From Myxococcales bacterium (GTDB taxonomy: Bacteria > Myxococcota > Myxococcia > Myxococcales > UBA5297), in assembly GCA_050288705.1 (NCBI GenBank), contig JBNKEI010000111.1, positions 5,872 through 69,871 on the forward strand: 64,000 nt of DNA. The letters are read 5' to 3'. The notes beneath the pieces were generated by a model. The model was not told where the DNA came from. It worked only from the letters and a program-made list of their open reading frames with translations, and searched no databases. Below, one piece after another: positions 1 to 8,026 of the stretch. The translations under genes and the position numbers were made by a program. Position 1 is the stretch's first letter, and every line of letters starts with the position of its first letter.

Positions 1-1296
1 TTACTAGAGAAAAGAAAAAGCTGGCCTGACCCCATAGCGATTCATCCTTACCCGGCGTCGGTTCGCGCTAGAAATATTGCTTTGGCAGCGTGGCTAGGCG
101 TAAGTGGCCTGGAAGCAGAATTAGCCCGAGCCTGTCGAGCGATTCTTTTGCGACTGGAATTTCATTTATTAGGGAATCATTTGCTAGAAAATGCCATTGC
201 TTTAGTTTGCGCAGGTAGTGCCGCCACCGGTAGGGAAGCAGGTCTTTGGTTCACCGTGGGCTCCAAGCTATTATCTTGGCAATTAGAAGAGCAGTTTTTG
301 CCCGACGGCGGTCATTTTGAACGCTCCGCTTCCTACCATTTATGGCTAAGCGCCGGGCTCTTGCAAACCATTGCCTTGACCGAAGCTTCAAACCGGCAAG
401 TGCCCGACCAATGGAAAAAAACTACTCAGCAGGCAGTAGAGTGGGCTAGGCAAGTTCGCGCTCCTGACGGAACCTACCCCTTATTTAACGATGCCATGCT
501 CGATGCGGCTCCGGAAATTGATTGGGTAGTTGCCTTAGCTCAATCGCTTGGACTAGCAAAACCGAGTAGTCATAATTTTCCCCTCTCCCATTGGGAGAGG
601 GCTAGGGTGAGGGTCACTGACCCCTGGTTAGTAAACCTACCATCGACAGGATGGATTCTGCTGGGAATGGGCGAAGAATCCTGGATTGCATTTGATGTAG
701 GGCCGGTAGGAAGCGCTTATCAGCCCGGACACGCGCATGCCGATTCCTTGACTTTTGAAATGTGGCTTCACGGGCGTCGACTTTGCGTGGACTACGGCGT
801 TTCCAGTTACCAAAAAGACCAAGCCCGAGCACAAACCCGGTCCACCAGGGTGCACAATACAGCGGAGATAGACAATCTCGATTCCAGCGAAACCTGGGCG
901 GCCTTTCGGATGGGCCGGCGCGCCCAGGCCGCTCTTTTAGATGCGCAGATTGCGAAAAATGGAGAAATTCGAGTTAAAGCTCAGCATTCTGGTTATGCCT
1001 GGCGCCATGGCCAGCCATTACATATTAGAGAAATAGTTTTGCAGCATAATTCCTTGCATGTAGTGGATCGTGTGCGGGGATTGGCACAGCAAATGTGTTC
1101 CCGAATACGCATGGACCAACAAGCTCTAGAAGCGTTTAATAACCAGGTGAATGTGCGCAGTAAGCCAGCCAACTTTAATACGGCTTCCGATTCGTGGTAT
1201 CCATTATTTGGTATTGGTCAAAAAGCAAAAGTATACGAGGTAGTGGTAAAAGCGCCTTCATTGTTGGAAATTCATTGGTGGATAGAATGGCATTAA
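1..1296 (+). CDS. Heparinase II/III-like family protein, 5'-partial (frame open to window edge)
   Basis: Frame 1 has no stop from base 1 (LLEKRKSWPDPIAIHPYPASVRARNIA...) and runs into the 82..1296 ORF. The HPY..S.R.RN segment and GHAHADSLTFE / HNT motifs recall the heparinase II/III (alginate-lyase-fold) proteins common in O-antigen and capsule loci. Confidence 0.7.
   Translation, partial: LLEKRKSWPDPIAIHPYPASVRARNIALAAWLGVSGLEAELARACRAILLRLEFHLLGNHLLENAIALVCAGSAATGREAGLWFTVGSKLLSWQLEEQFLPDGGHFERSASYHLWLSAGLLQTIALTEASNRQVPDQWKKTTQQAVEWARQVRAPDGTYPLFNDAMLDAAPEIDWVVALAQSLGLAKPSSHNFPLSHWERARVRVTDPWLVNLPSTGWILLGMGEESWIAFDVGPVGSAYQPGHAHADSLTFEMWLHGRRLCVDYGVSSYQKDQARAQTRSTRVHNTAEIDNLDSSETWAAFRMGRRAQAALLDAQIAKNGEIRVKAQHSGYAWRHGQPLHIREIVLQHNSLHVVDRVRGLAQQMCSRIRMDQQALEAFNNQVNVRSKPANFNTASDSWYPLFGIGQKAKVYEVVVKAPSLLEIHWWIEWH
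580..613. repeat. GC-rich palindromic interspersed repeat, copy inside a CDS
   Basis: cccctctccc-att-gggagaggg followed by ctagggtgaggg. Same unit as at 4899, 4962, 7526, 7906, 7994 and 50296. Here it is read in frame as PLSHWERARVRV. Confidence 0.85.
1103..1240 (+). repeat. Direct duplication, copy A (intact 3' end of the heparinase-like CDS)
   Basis: Aligns by eye with 2553..2678 (gaatacgcat[g/a]gaccaa...cagtaagccagcca[a/g]ctttaata...tggtatccatt[a/g]tttggt[a/g]ttgg). Roughly four-fifths identical, with small indels. Confidence 0.8.
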
Positions 1297-1409
1297 ATAA
1301 ATAAAGCATGCCTATACGGAAAACGCTCGTGTAGTTCCACGTTTGCCAAAAAAGGGGGTTGGAGGATTTGTTTTTGTCTAGCACTCGATTGCCCTGACAA
1401 AAGCTCCTT

Positions 1410-2321
1410 TTAATGCCCACTGCTCTCATTTTCATGGCGTTGTCGGAGATAATCTTCGAGACGATGAGTGCCAAACGAAGGAACGATGGCGTTATTGTCC
1501 CGGGAGGCGCCGAACGCAATGGTGCCAACAAAAAAGTCGCCTAACTCGTATAGGTTACGACTGAACGGTTGAAGTGCCCGTACTGCCAGTTGAGCGAGTC
1601 CCAAGGGAATGCGTCGTACCTTGATGGGGCGGTTCAAAACTCGGCCACAAACGCTTGCCAACCCAAAAGAATCAAATGCCTCCGGGCCACCTATCGGCAA
1701 GGTCTTATTTACCTGCGCATCGTCGAGGAGTGAATCAGAAACAAACGAGGCCAGGTCAACCAACGAGATAGGATTAAATCTCAATTTCCCGTCTCCGGCA
1801 GTCCACAAAGTGCCCGAGCGACACATGCAAAACACTTCCCACATGTCAGAGAAAAAACCGCTGGGCTGGACGATGACCGATGGCAATCCAGATTTGCGCA
1901 GTGCCTCTTCAACCTCGCCTTTCATACGCACCATTGCGACCGGATGGTCAAGGCTGGCAAAAGCCACACTAAGCAGGCCAAACTTTCGTACTCGGGCGTT
2001 CTGGGCCTCTTTCAGAAGATTTAGGTTTGCATCGACATCTACCGTACGTCGCGCTACGCGATCTTTTTGCCTGGTTTTGCCCAGCGCAGTGAAGACCATG
2101 TCCACGCCATCAAGCGAGCCTCGTAGAGAGACGCTATCAGTCACTTGGACTTCTCGAATTTCCGCACAGTATTGAGCCGTGTTTCCTAGGCGCTGAGCAT
2201 TGCGCACTAATGCTCGCACCCGGTGACCACGGCTTGCCAAGGCCCGTACGATTTCTTTGCCTGCGTTTCCAGTGGCGCCTGCCACTGCAATGGTGAGCAC
2301 AGAATGTGAAGTCAAAGTCAT
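1410..2321 (-). CDS. NmrA-like / atypical SDR NAD(P)-binding oxidoreductase
   Basis: N-terminal Rossmann motif IAVAGATGNAGKEIVRAL. Length (303 aa) and overall pattern match the NmrA/NAD(P)H-binding family. Confidence 0.75.
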   Translation of the reverse strand: MTLTSHSVLTIAVAGATGNAGKEIVRALASRGHRVRALVRNAQRLGNTAQYCAEIREVQVTDSVSLRGSLDGVDMVFTALGKTRQKDRVARRTVDVDANLNLLKEAQNARVRKFGLLSVAFASLDHPVAMVRMKGEVEEALRKSGLPSVIVQPSGFFSDMWEVFCMCRSGTLWTAGDGKLRFNPISLVDLASFVSDSLLDDAQVNKTLPIGGPEAFDSFGLASVCGRVLNRPIKVRRIPLGLAQLAVRALQPFSRNLYELGDFFVGTIAFGASRDNNAIVPSFGTHRLEDYLRQRHENESSGH

Positions 2322-2353
2322 TGAGTACCTCGGGCGGCTAATACATTTTGTTT

Positions 2354-2540
2354 TCAGGTCCTATTCTTCCGTACCACCAGAACGGGAATCTCGACCCGAT
2401 GACGTATAGGACTACCGTTTCCCCCCCCAGAGAAGATCTCCAAGCAACCGGTTACCGTGGGCGCCCATAACCAGCATATCGACTTTGTGCTCTTCCGAAA
2501 AGGCAACCAGTTCTGCTGACAATTGCCGTATCGCTCTCAT
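2354..2540 (-). pseudogene. Universal stress protein (UspA family) C-terminal remnant, frameshifted
   Basis: The minus strand reads MRAIRQLSAELVAFSEEHKVDMLVMGAHGNRLLGDLLWGG and then hits a stop. Removing one base from the C8/G8 run (2421-2428) continues it as NGSPIRHRVEIPVLVVRKNRT*. This is the USP C-terminal signature (DxxVxGxHG...G[S]...PVLVV). The N-terminal two-thirds of a normal USP are missing. Confidence 0.5.
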
Positions 2541-2552
2541 CCAGTCCTTCTT

Positions 2553-2678
2553 GAATACGCATAGACCAAGAAGCTTGAAGCTCTTATAGATAACGGTGCA
2601 GTAAGCCAGCCAGCTTTAATATGGCTTCTAGACTGTGGTATCCATTGTTTGGTGTTGGCTAAAAAGCAATGTACACGG
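2553..2678 (+). repeat. Direct duplication, copy B (decayed pseudo-3' end of the heparinase-like gene)
   Basis: Homologous to 1103..1240. The corresponding frame is broken (WYPLFGVG*). It lies directly upstream of the 2698 start. Confidence 0.8.
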
Positions 2679-2697
2679 AATTAATAGGTAACCAAAT

Positions 2698-4851
2698 GTG
2701 AAACAAATTGCGCAAAGCTATAAAACCGGTGAGCTAAAAATAGTGGACGTGCCGTCCCCTAGCGTTCCTCGGGGGGGAATTCTAGTAGAAACTGCGGCTT
2801 CGTTAATTTCCGCGGGAACTGAGCGAATGCTCATTGATTTGGCGCGTAAGAATTTGCTGCAGAAAGCCAAATCTAGGCCTGATTTAGTTACCAAAGTAAT
2901 AGAAAAAGTAAAAAGAGAAGGGGCCTTGGCTGCCTTAGAAACTGTACGCAGTAAGTTAGATTCTCCCATACCTCTAGGGTATTCGCTAGCCGGCCGGATC
3001 ACGGCGGTAGGGCAGGAAACAACCGGCTTGGCAGTAGGCGATCGGGTGGCTTGCGCGGGAGCTGGCTACGCGAATCACGCCCAAGCAAATGCCGTTCCGC
3101 AAAATTTGGCAGTGCCTATTCCTACCAATGTTTCCGACGAAGAAGCTGCTTTTGTGACGGTGGGGGCAATCGCGCTGCAAGGCGTACGCCTAGTAAAACC
3201 AACATTAGGGGAAGTAGTGGCAGTTATTGGTTTAGGCTTGTTGGGGCAAATTGCCGCCTCGCTGCTACGTGCCCATGGCTGCGATGTGATAGCCATGGAC
3301 AAAGATCCCAACAAAGTAAGTCTAGCAATTAAGCGTGGTGCGATAAGGGGAGCGACTATTGGAACCGACGATCCGCAGGCGGTAGTCAGAGCAATTTCCC
3401 GGGGTCGAGGGGTAGATTCGGTAGTTATTACTGCCTCTTCCAGTACCAATGACCCCCTGGTTTTAGCGGGAGATATTGCTCGCGAGCGCGCCAAAATATC
3501 CATAGTGGGCTTTATGCCTTTGGAAATTCCGCGCCAGTCTTATTACGAAAAAGAATTGGAAGTAGTAGTGTCACGCAGTTACGGTCCTGGACGTTATGAC
3601 CCCGATTATGAAGAACGGGGCATTGATTATCCACTAGGTTACGTGCGCTGGACCGAACAACGTAATTTGCAAGCGGTAGTTAATGCTATTGCTTCCCAGC
3701 GACTGGATGTCAAAGGGCTAATTACCCATCGATTTGATTTTGATAATGTAATGGATGCTTATGCATTAATTACTGGGGAAAAATCCGAACCGCATCTAGG
3801 AATAGTACTCACCTATCCCCCAGACATTAATAAAGAAAGCGAACTGAATCGGGCGCCAGTAATAGTTCGCCATTCCTCGGGGCTAGGCAAAGTAGGAATA
3901 GCGGTAGTAGGAACGGGCTCGTTTGCTACCTCGGTATTGTTGCCCAAACTCACTAACATTTCTCGCGCTTGTTTAGTGGCAACCGCGTCTGGTCGCGGAC
4001 TTTCCGCCAATCATGCGGCTGAGCGGTTTGGAGCTAAGCGCGTAGCCCAAAGCTTTGAGGAAATTCTGCAAATGGATGATGTTGAGGTGGTGGTTATTGC
4101 TACCCGGCATAATACCCATGCGTCTATGGCCGCCAAAGCATTACGAGCGGGCAAAAGTGTTTTTTTGGAAAAACCAGCAGCCATCAATAATCAGCAATTA
4201 GCAGAGCTGCAAACAGCAGTAAAGGAAACGCAAGGGCGTATTATGGTAGGTTTCAATCGTCGATTTGCGCCTTTTGCTAAAGCCGTGAAAGAAGCTTTTG
4301 CAGCGCGTACCACCGGATTGATAATGCAGGCCCGTATTAATGCGGGAGCTATTCCCAAAGGTAATTGGATTACTACCAGCGATGAAGGAGGGGGAAGAAT
4401 TGTTGGGGAAGGATGTCATTTCATCGACCTGTTTTCATATTGGAGCGGTTCCTTTCCCTATCGAGTTTCGGCGCACTCCATTGGACCAGGGGGAGGGTAT
4501 AGTCGCGATGATAACATGGCTATTACTCTTTCCTTTGGTGACGGAAGTGTCGGCTCGCTGATTTATACTTCCATGGGAGACTCTTCCATAGGCAAAGAAT
4601 GTTACGAGGTGATTAGTGAAGGGCATGTAGCGCAAATTAATGATTGGCGCAAATTAACTACTATTTCTGGCGGAAAAACTAAAAATAAACTGGCATTGAA
4701 AGCCAATAAAGGTCATCAGGAAGAACTAGAAGCTTTTTTGGATGCCTGCTGGAAACAAAAACCAAGCCCTATTGACTGGGAGTCAATAGAAGCTACTACC
4801 CTGGCGACGTTTTATGCGGAGAGGTCGTGGAGGGAACAGAAATGTTTGTAA
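2698..4851 (+). CDS. Bi-domain oxidoreductase (MDR/Zn-ADH-like N-domain + Gfo/Idh/MocA C-domain)
   Basis: GTG start. The N-half has an MDR pattern (GYSLAGRI...GDRVACAG; Rossmann VAVIGLGLLGQ). The C-half has a second Rossmann motif (IAVVGTGSFA), EKP and GFNRRF motifs typical of Gfo/Idh/MocA. This architecture is typical of glycan loci. Confidence 0.8.
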   Translation: MKQIAQSYKTGELKIVDVPSPSVPRGGILVETAASLISAGTERMLIDLARKNLLQKAKSRPDLVTKVIEKVKREGALAALETVRSKLDSPIPLGYSLAGRITAVGQETTGLAVGDRVACAGAGYANHAQANAVPQNLAVPIPTNVSDEEAAFVTVGAIALQGVRLVKPTLGEVVAVIGLGLLGQIAASLLRAHGCDVIAMDKDPNKVSLAIKRGAIRGATIGTDDPQAVVRAISRGRGVDSVVITASSSTNDPLVLAGDIARERAKISIVGFMPLEIPRQSYYEKELEVVVSRSYGPGRYDPDYEERGIDYPLGYVRWTEQRNLQAVVNAIASQRLDVKGLITHRFDFDNVMDAYALITGEKSEPHLGIVLTYPPDINKESELNRAPVIVRHSSGLGKVGIAVVGTGSFATSVLLPKLTNISRACLVATASGRGLSANHAAERFGAKRVAQSFEEILQMDDVEVVVIATRHNTHASMAAKALRAGKSVFLEKPAAINNQQLAELQTAVKETQGRIMVGFNRRFAPFAKAVKEAFAARTTGLIMQARINAGAIPKGNWITTSDEGGGRIVGEGCHFIDLFSYWSGSFPYRVSAHSIGPGGGYSRDDNMAITLSFGDGSVGSLIYTSMGDSSIGKECYEVISEGHVAQINDWRKLTTISGGKTKNKLALKANKGHQEELEAFLDACWKQKPSPIDWESIEATTLATFYAERSWREQKCL

Positions 4852-5047
4852 CTATTCAGTGACAGCTTGCAACAACCCAGTCGCGCCAATTCTGCCAGTC
4901 CCTTTGGGAGAGAGTTAGAGTGAGGGCAAAATGAGTCACAAATCCAGTCTAGACTCGCAAACCCTCACCCTAACCCTCTCCCAGGGGGAGAGGGAATGTT
5001 TGCAAGCTCCCATCTTTCTCGGGGGAGAAGGGTCGCTGAATAGTTAC
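4848..5047. mobile_element. MITE-like composite palindromic element (~200 bp) built around the GC-rich repeat family
   Basis: Terminal inverted repeats gtaactattcagtgac (4848-) and gtcgctgaatagttac (-5047). Nested inverted pair gcttgcaacaa / tgtttgcaagc. Internal repeat units ccctttgggagagagttagagtgaggg (about 4900-4926) and ccctcaccctaaccctctcccagggggagaggg (4962-4994). It fills the whole intergenic gap, and the upstream stop codon lies in the left TIR. Confidence 0.6.
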
Positions 5048-5072
5048 AAATGAGCCGAACGGGAATAACTGA

Positions 5073-6461
5073 ATGGATTGCGAACGCCTATATCAGCATT
5101 TACCGCTAGCGCTCCAGAATATTGCGGTTTCTGTGGAAGGGTGGCGGATTGCTCGTCTGCGGTATAATAGCTATTTTAAAAAGCAGCTTTCGCAAGCATT
5201 AGCGCGAGAAAAATATAATTCACAGCGAATGGAAGAGTATCGCCGTACTCGGCTACGGGAATTTATTCGCCATGCCGCAACCCAAGTACCCTATTATCGC
5301 CAGCTTTTTCGGGAATTAAAAATTTGTGCCAATGACATAGTTACACTCGACGATTTGAAAAAATTGCCTATTTTAACTAAAGCTAAAGTGCGCTCTAATC
5401 CTGCGCAATTCGTTCCCGACAATATCTCTTCATTAACGCCTATGCGCGCCCATACTAGTGGCACAACCGGGGCAGGACTGAAATTCTTTGTTACCCGGAA
5501 AGCCCACCGTGAGCAATGGGCAACTTGGTGGCGCTACCGTAAAGCCCACGGAATTGGGTTGAAAGAATGGTGTGCCTATTTTGGGGGAAGAGCAATAGTT
5601 CCAATCGGACAACCAGCGCCTCCCTATTGGCGAGTAAATTATCCAGGACGGCAGGTCTTATTCAGCGGCTATCATTTAGGACCAGCCACCGCATTGAGCT
5701 ATATTCAGCATTTGCAAAAATTATCTTTGCGGTGGATTCATGGGTATCCCTCTTTGCTTTCTCTACTGGCTTTTTACATTCTTCAATGGAATATTAAAAT
5801 TACTAAAATCAAATGGGTGACAATCGGGGCAGAAAGCTTGCTTCCACATCAAGCAGAAACCATTTTTCGAGCATTTGGAGTTACTCCAATTCAGCACTAT
5901 GGAATGGCCGAGGGAGTGTCCAATATTTCTGAATGCCCTGGAAACCAGCTCCATGTAGATGAAGATTTCTCCATTGTCGAGTTTGTTCTCTTTCAAAACA
6001 ATGTCTATAGTATTATTGGAACCAATTACTTAAACCCTGCCTTTCCTCTAATTCGTTACGACACTGGCGATACGGCTATATTAGGCGAAAATACTTGTTC
6101 CTGTGGTCGCCAGGGAAGAATAATAAGATCTATTGATGGCCGGGTAGAAGATTACCTAGTAGCTAAAGATGGTAGCTTATTGGGTCGTATGGACCACCTT
6201 TTTAAAAACCTAACGCACATTCAGGAAGCACAAATCGTTCAAAACAAACCAGGTCGGGCTATATTGCGAATTGTTAGAGCGCCCAAATATTCGCCGCAAG
6301 ATGAAAAAGAATTGCGGGCTTCGATAACGAAATATGTGGGAGATAAAATTGAGATAGCTATTCAATACGTAGAGCAAATTGAGAAAACCGCCATCGGAAA
6401 ATTGCGGTTGGTAGTTTCCACCACTAGTAAACGAGCTAGCTGCCAGAATGAAGCCCGATAA
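5073..6461 (+). CDS. Phenylacetate-CoA ligase-like adenylate-forming enzyme (CapK / F390-synthetase family)
   Basis: AMP-binding core motif HTSGTTG, YGMAEG, and a later RYDTGD motif. The size (462 aa) and glycan-locus context match CapK-like proteins. Confidence 0.7.
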   Translation: MDCERLYQHLPLALQNIAVSVEGWRIARLRYNSYFKKQLSQALAREKYNSQRMEEYRRTRLREFIRHAATQVPYYRQLFRELKICANDIVTLDDLKKLPILTKAKVRSNPAQFVPDNISSLTPMRAHTSGTTGAGLKFFVTRKAHREQWATWWRYRKAHGIGLKEWCAYFGGRAIVPIGQPAPPYWRVNYPGRQVLFSGYHLGPATALSYIQHLQKLSLRWIHGYPSLLSLLAFYILQWNIKITKIKWVTIGAESLLPHQAETIFRAFGVTPIQHYGMAEGVSNISECPGNQLHVDEDFSIVEFVLFQNNVYSIIGTNYLNPAFPLIRYDTGDTAILGENTCSCGRQGRIIRSIDGRVEDYLVAKDGSLLGRMDHLFKNLTHIQEAQIVQNKPGRAILRIVRAPKYSPQDEKELRASITKYVGDKIEIAIQYVEQIEKTAIGKLRLVVSTTSKRASCQNEAR

Positions 6462-7584
6462 GCAAGGTCTGAAAATAGCTCATATTCTTCCGGTAAATGC
6501 CAAGCTTGGCGCCGGCATATGGAATCCCACTATTTCTATAGCCCAAGAACAAGTAAAACTGGGACATCGGGTTTTTATTGTTACGTCGATAATAAATAAA
6601 TCAGTTACCGTGCCGGGAATAGAGTGCAGCTTCTGGTCAAACGTTGGAGAAATATTTTCACTTTTAGAACAAATACGTCCGGATATTGTTCATCTGCATA
6701 GTTTGTGGACGCTTCCTTGTTTAGTTGCTTGTCTATTTTGTTGGAGAGATAAAAGACCCTATTTTTTAAGTCCCCATGGAATGTTAATGCCCGCGGCAAT
6801 GGGGCGCAAACAATGGAAGAAAATTCCCTACTGGAATCTAATAGAAAAGCATTTGGTAGCTAATTGCCAAACGGTTTTTGTAGCAAGCGAAATAGAGGCC
6901 AAAGAGGTTAGCAAAATCTTTCCCAAGCTTGCTATCCAAGTTGCCCCCTTTGGTGCGCCAGAGCCAGAAGAAGGCAATGTGGGTTTGCCTCATGTTCTTG
7001 CGGGATTGGAAGGATACATACTGTATTTAGGAAGAATACATCCCATCAAAAACTTGGAAGCTCTAGTTGAGACATCTGGCGACTTGCCCGACCGGTGGGC
7101 CCTAGTTATGGCGGGAAATGCGGGTATCCCGGAGTATTTCCATAAGCTGGAAAAAATTGATAATTGGGCGAAAAAAGTTATTTATCTGGGTGATGTGCGC
7201 GGGACTTTGAAATGGTCGCTAATAAAAAAAGCGCAAGTTTTAGTTTTGCCGTCGCATTCGGAAAATTTTGGAAACGTAGTGCTGGAAGCTTTGTCGGTAG
7301 GTACTCCGGTAATTGCATCCAAGGGTACTCCCTGGAGTATTCTGGAGTTGAAGAATGCCGGGCTATGGATCGATTGCAATTCGGTAATATTAAGAGAGGC
7401 ATTATACTCGGTGTTTGCAGAACCGGAAATCTGGGAAACTCGCCGAAAAAACGCTCTAAATGTAGCACAAAAATTTTCGTGGAGATCGGTCGCCAAAACC
7501 TTGTGTGACTGCTATAGAGTATATTCCCTCTCCCCTTGGGAGAGGGTTAGGGTGAGGGGGGAAGTCAATGACAGTCACTATTGA
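6448..7584 (+). CDS. Glycosyltransferase family 4 (GT-B)
   Basis: E-x7-E region SHSENFGNVVLEALSVGTPVIAS. The last ~20 codons (YSLSPWERVRVRGEVNDSHY) are supplied by the repeat at 7526-7560. Confidence 0.8.
   Translation: MKPDKQGLKIAHILPVNAKLGAGIWNPTISIAQEQVKLGHRVFIVTSIINKSVTVPGIECSFWSNVGEIFSLLEQIRPDIVHLHSLWTLPCLVACLFCWRDKRPYFLSPHGMLMPAAMGRKQWKKIPYWNLIEKHLVANCQTVFVASEIEAKEVSKIFPKLAIQVAPFGAPEPEEGNVGLPHVLAGLEGYILYLGRIHPIKNLEALVETSGDLPDRWALVMAGNAGIPEYFHKLEKIDNWAKKVIYLGDVRGTLKWSLIKKAQVLVLPSHSENFGNVVLEALSVGTPVIASKGTPWSILELKNAGLWIDCNSVILREALYSVFAEPEIWETRRKNALNVAQKFSWRSVAKTLCDCYRVYSLSPWERVRVRGEVNDSHY
7526..7560. repeat. GC-rich palindromic interspersed repeat
   Basis: ccctctcccc-tt-gggagaggg ttagggtgaggggg. 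Confidence 0.85.
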
Positions 7585-8023
7585 GCGCTGTCGTCAGTTA
7601 CGTCTTAACGCTACGTACGCCGAAAAACGGCTTTGGTTCATACTGCGCAAGCAACAACTTGGGGGCTTCAAGTTTCGGAGGCAACACCCACTTGGTCCGT
7701 ATATCCTCGATTTTTTCTGCCCGCAAAAGAGACTCGCCATCGAAGTAGATGGGGATTCGCATTTTTTGTTAGACGGTCCTCGCAAAGATGCTTTGCGAAC
7801 AACATATCTTAGGCAGGCTGGAATTCAGGTGATCCGATTTACTAACGCAGATGTTTTGCGGCATCCTGAACTTATCAAGCAAGTTCTATGGAAAATACTT
7901 ATGGACCCTCACCCTAACCCTCTCCCAGAGGGAGAGGGTAATTCAAAGGTATCCACTGTCCAGAATACAAAAGGGGAGACATTCCAAGATATTCCCTCTC
8001 CCTTTGGGAGAGGGTTAGGGTGA
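7568..8023 (+). CDS. DUF559 (Vsr-like endonuclease fold) domain protein
   Basis: AEKRLWFILR...FKFRRQHPLGPYILDFFCPQKRLAIEVDGDSH...IRFTNADVL is the DUF559 signature. The C-terminal tail (PHPNPLPEGEG...PSPFGRGLG) is translated from repeat copies. Confidence 0.85.
   Translation: MTVTIERCRQLRLNATYAEKRLWFILRKQQLGGFKFRRQHPLGPYILDFFCPQKRLAIEVDGDSHFLLDGPRKDALRTTYLRQAGIQVIRFTNADVLRHPELIKQVLWKILMDPHPNPLPEGEGNSKVSTVQNTKGETFQDIPSPFGRGLG
7906..7938. repeat. GC-rich palindromic interspersed repeat (inverse orientation)
   Basis: ccctcaccctaa ccctctccc-aga-gggagaggg. Confidence 0.85.
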
Positions 8024-8026
8024 GGG
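7994..8026. repeat. GC-rich palindromic interspersed repeat
   Basis: ccctctccc-ttt-gggagaggg ttagggtgaggg. It contains the DUF559 stop and the GTG used by the next ORF. Confidence 0.85.

Noticed and set aside
614-977. Short ORFs (614..832-, 637..855-, 762..977+) overlapping the heparinase-like CDS. The same kind of shadow ORFs lie inside most long genes (for example 1609..2175, 3075..3503, 34912..35289, 49412..49810, 51894..52394, 61138..61563).
   Set aside because: They lie entirely within, or antisense to, ORFs with clear family motifs. They have no recognisable motifs or RBS, and their Arg/Ser/Pro-rich composition is typical of out-of-frame translation.
4899-8026. Possible CRISPR array, given the several short GC-rich repeats in the 4.9-8.0 kb region.
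   Set aside because: The repeats are palindromic units in both orientations, irregularly spaced, partly inside coding sequence, and without uniform spacers or cas genes. They behave like REP/MITE-type elements.
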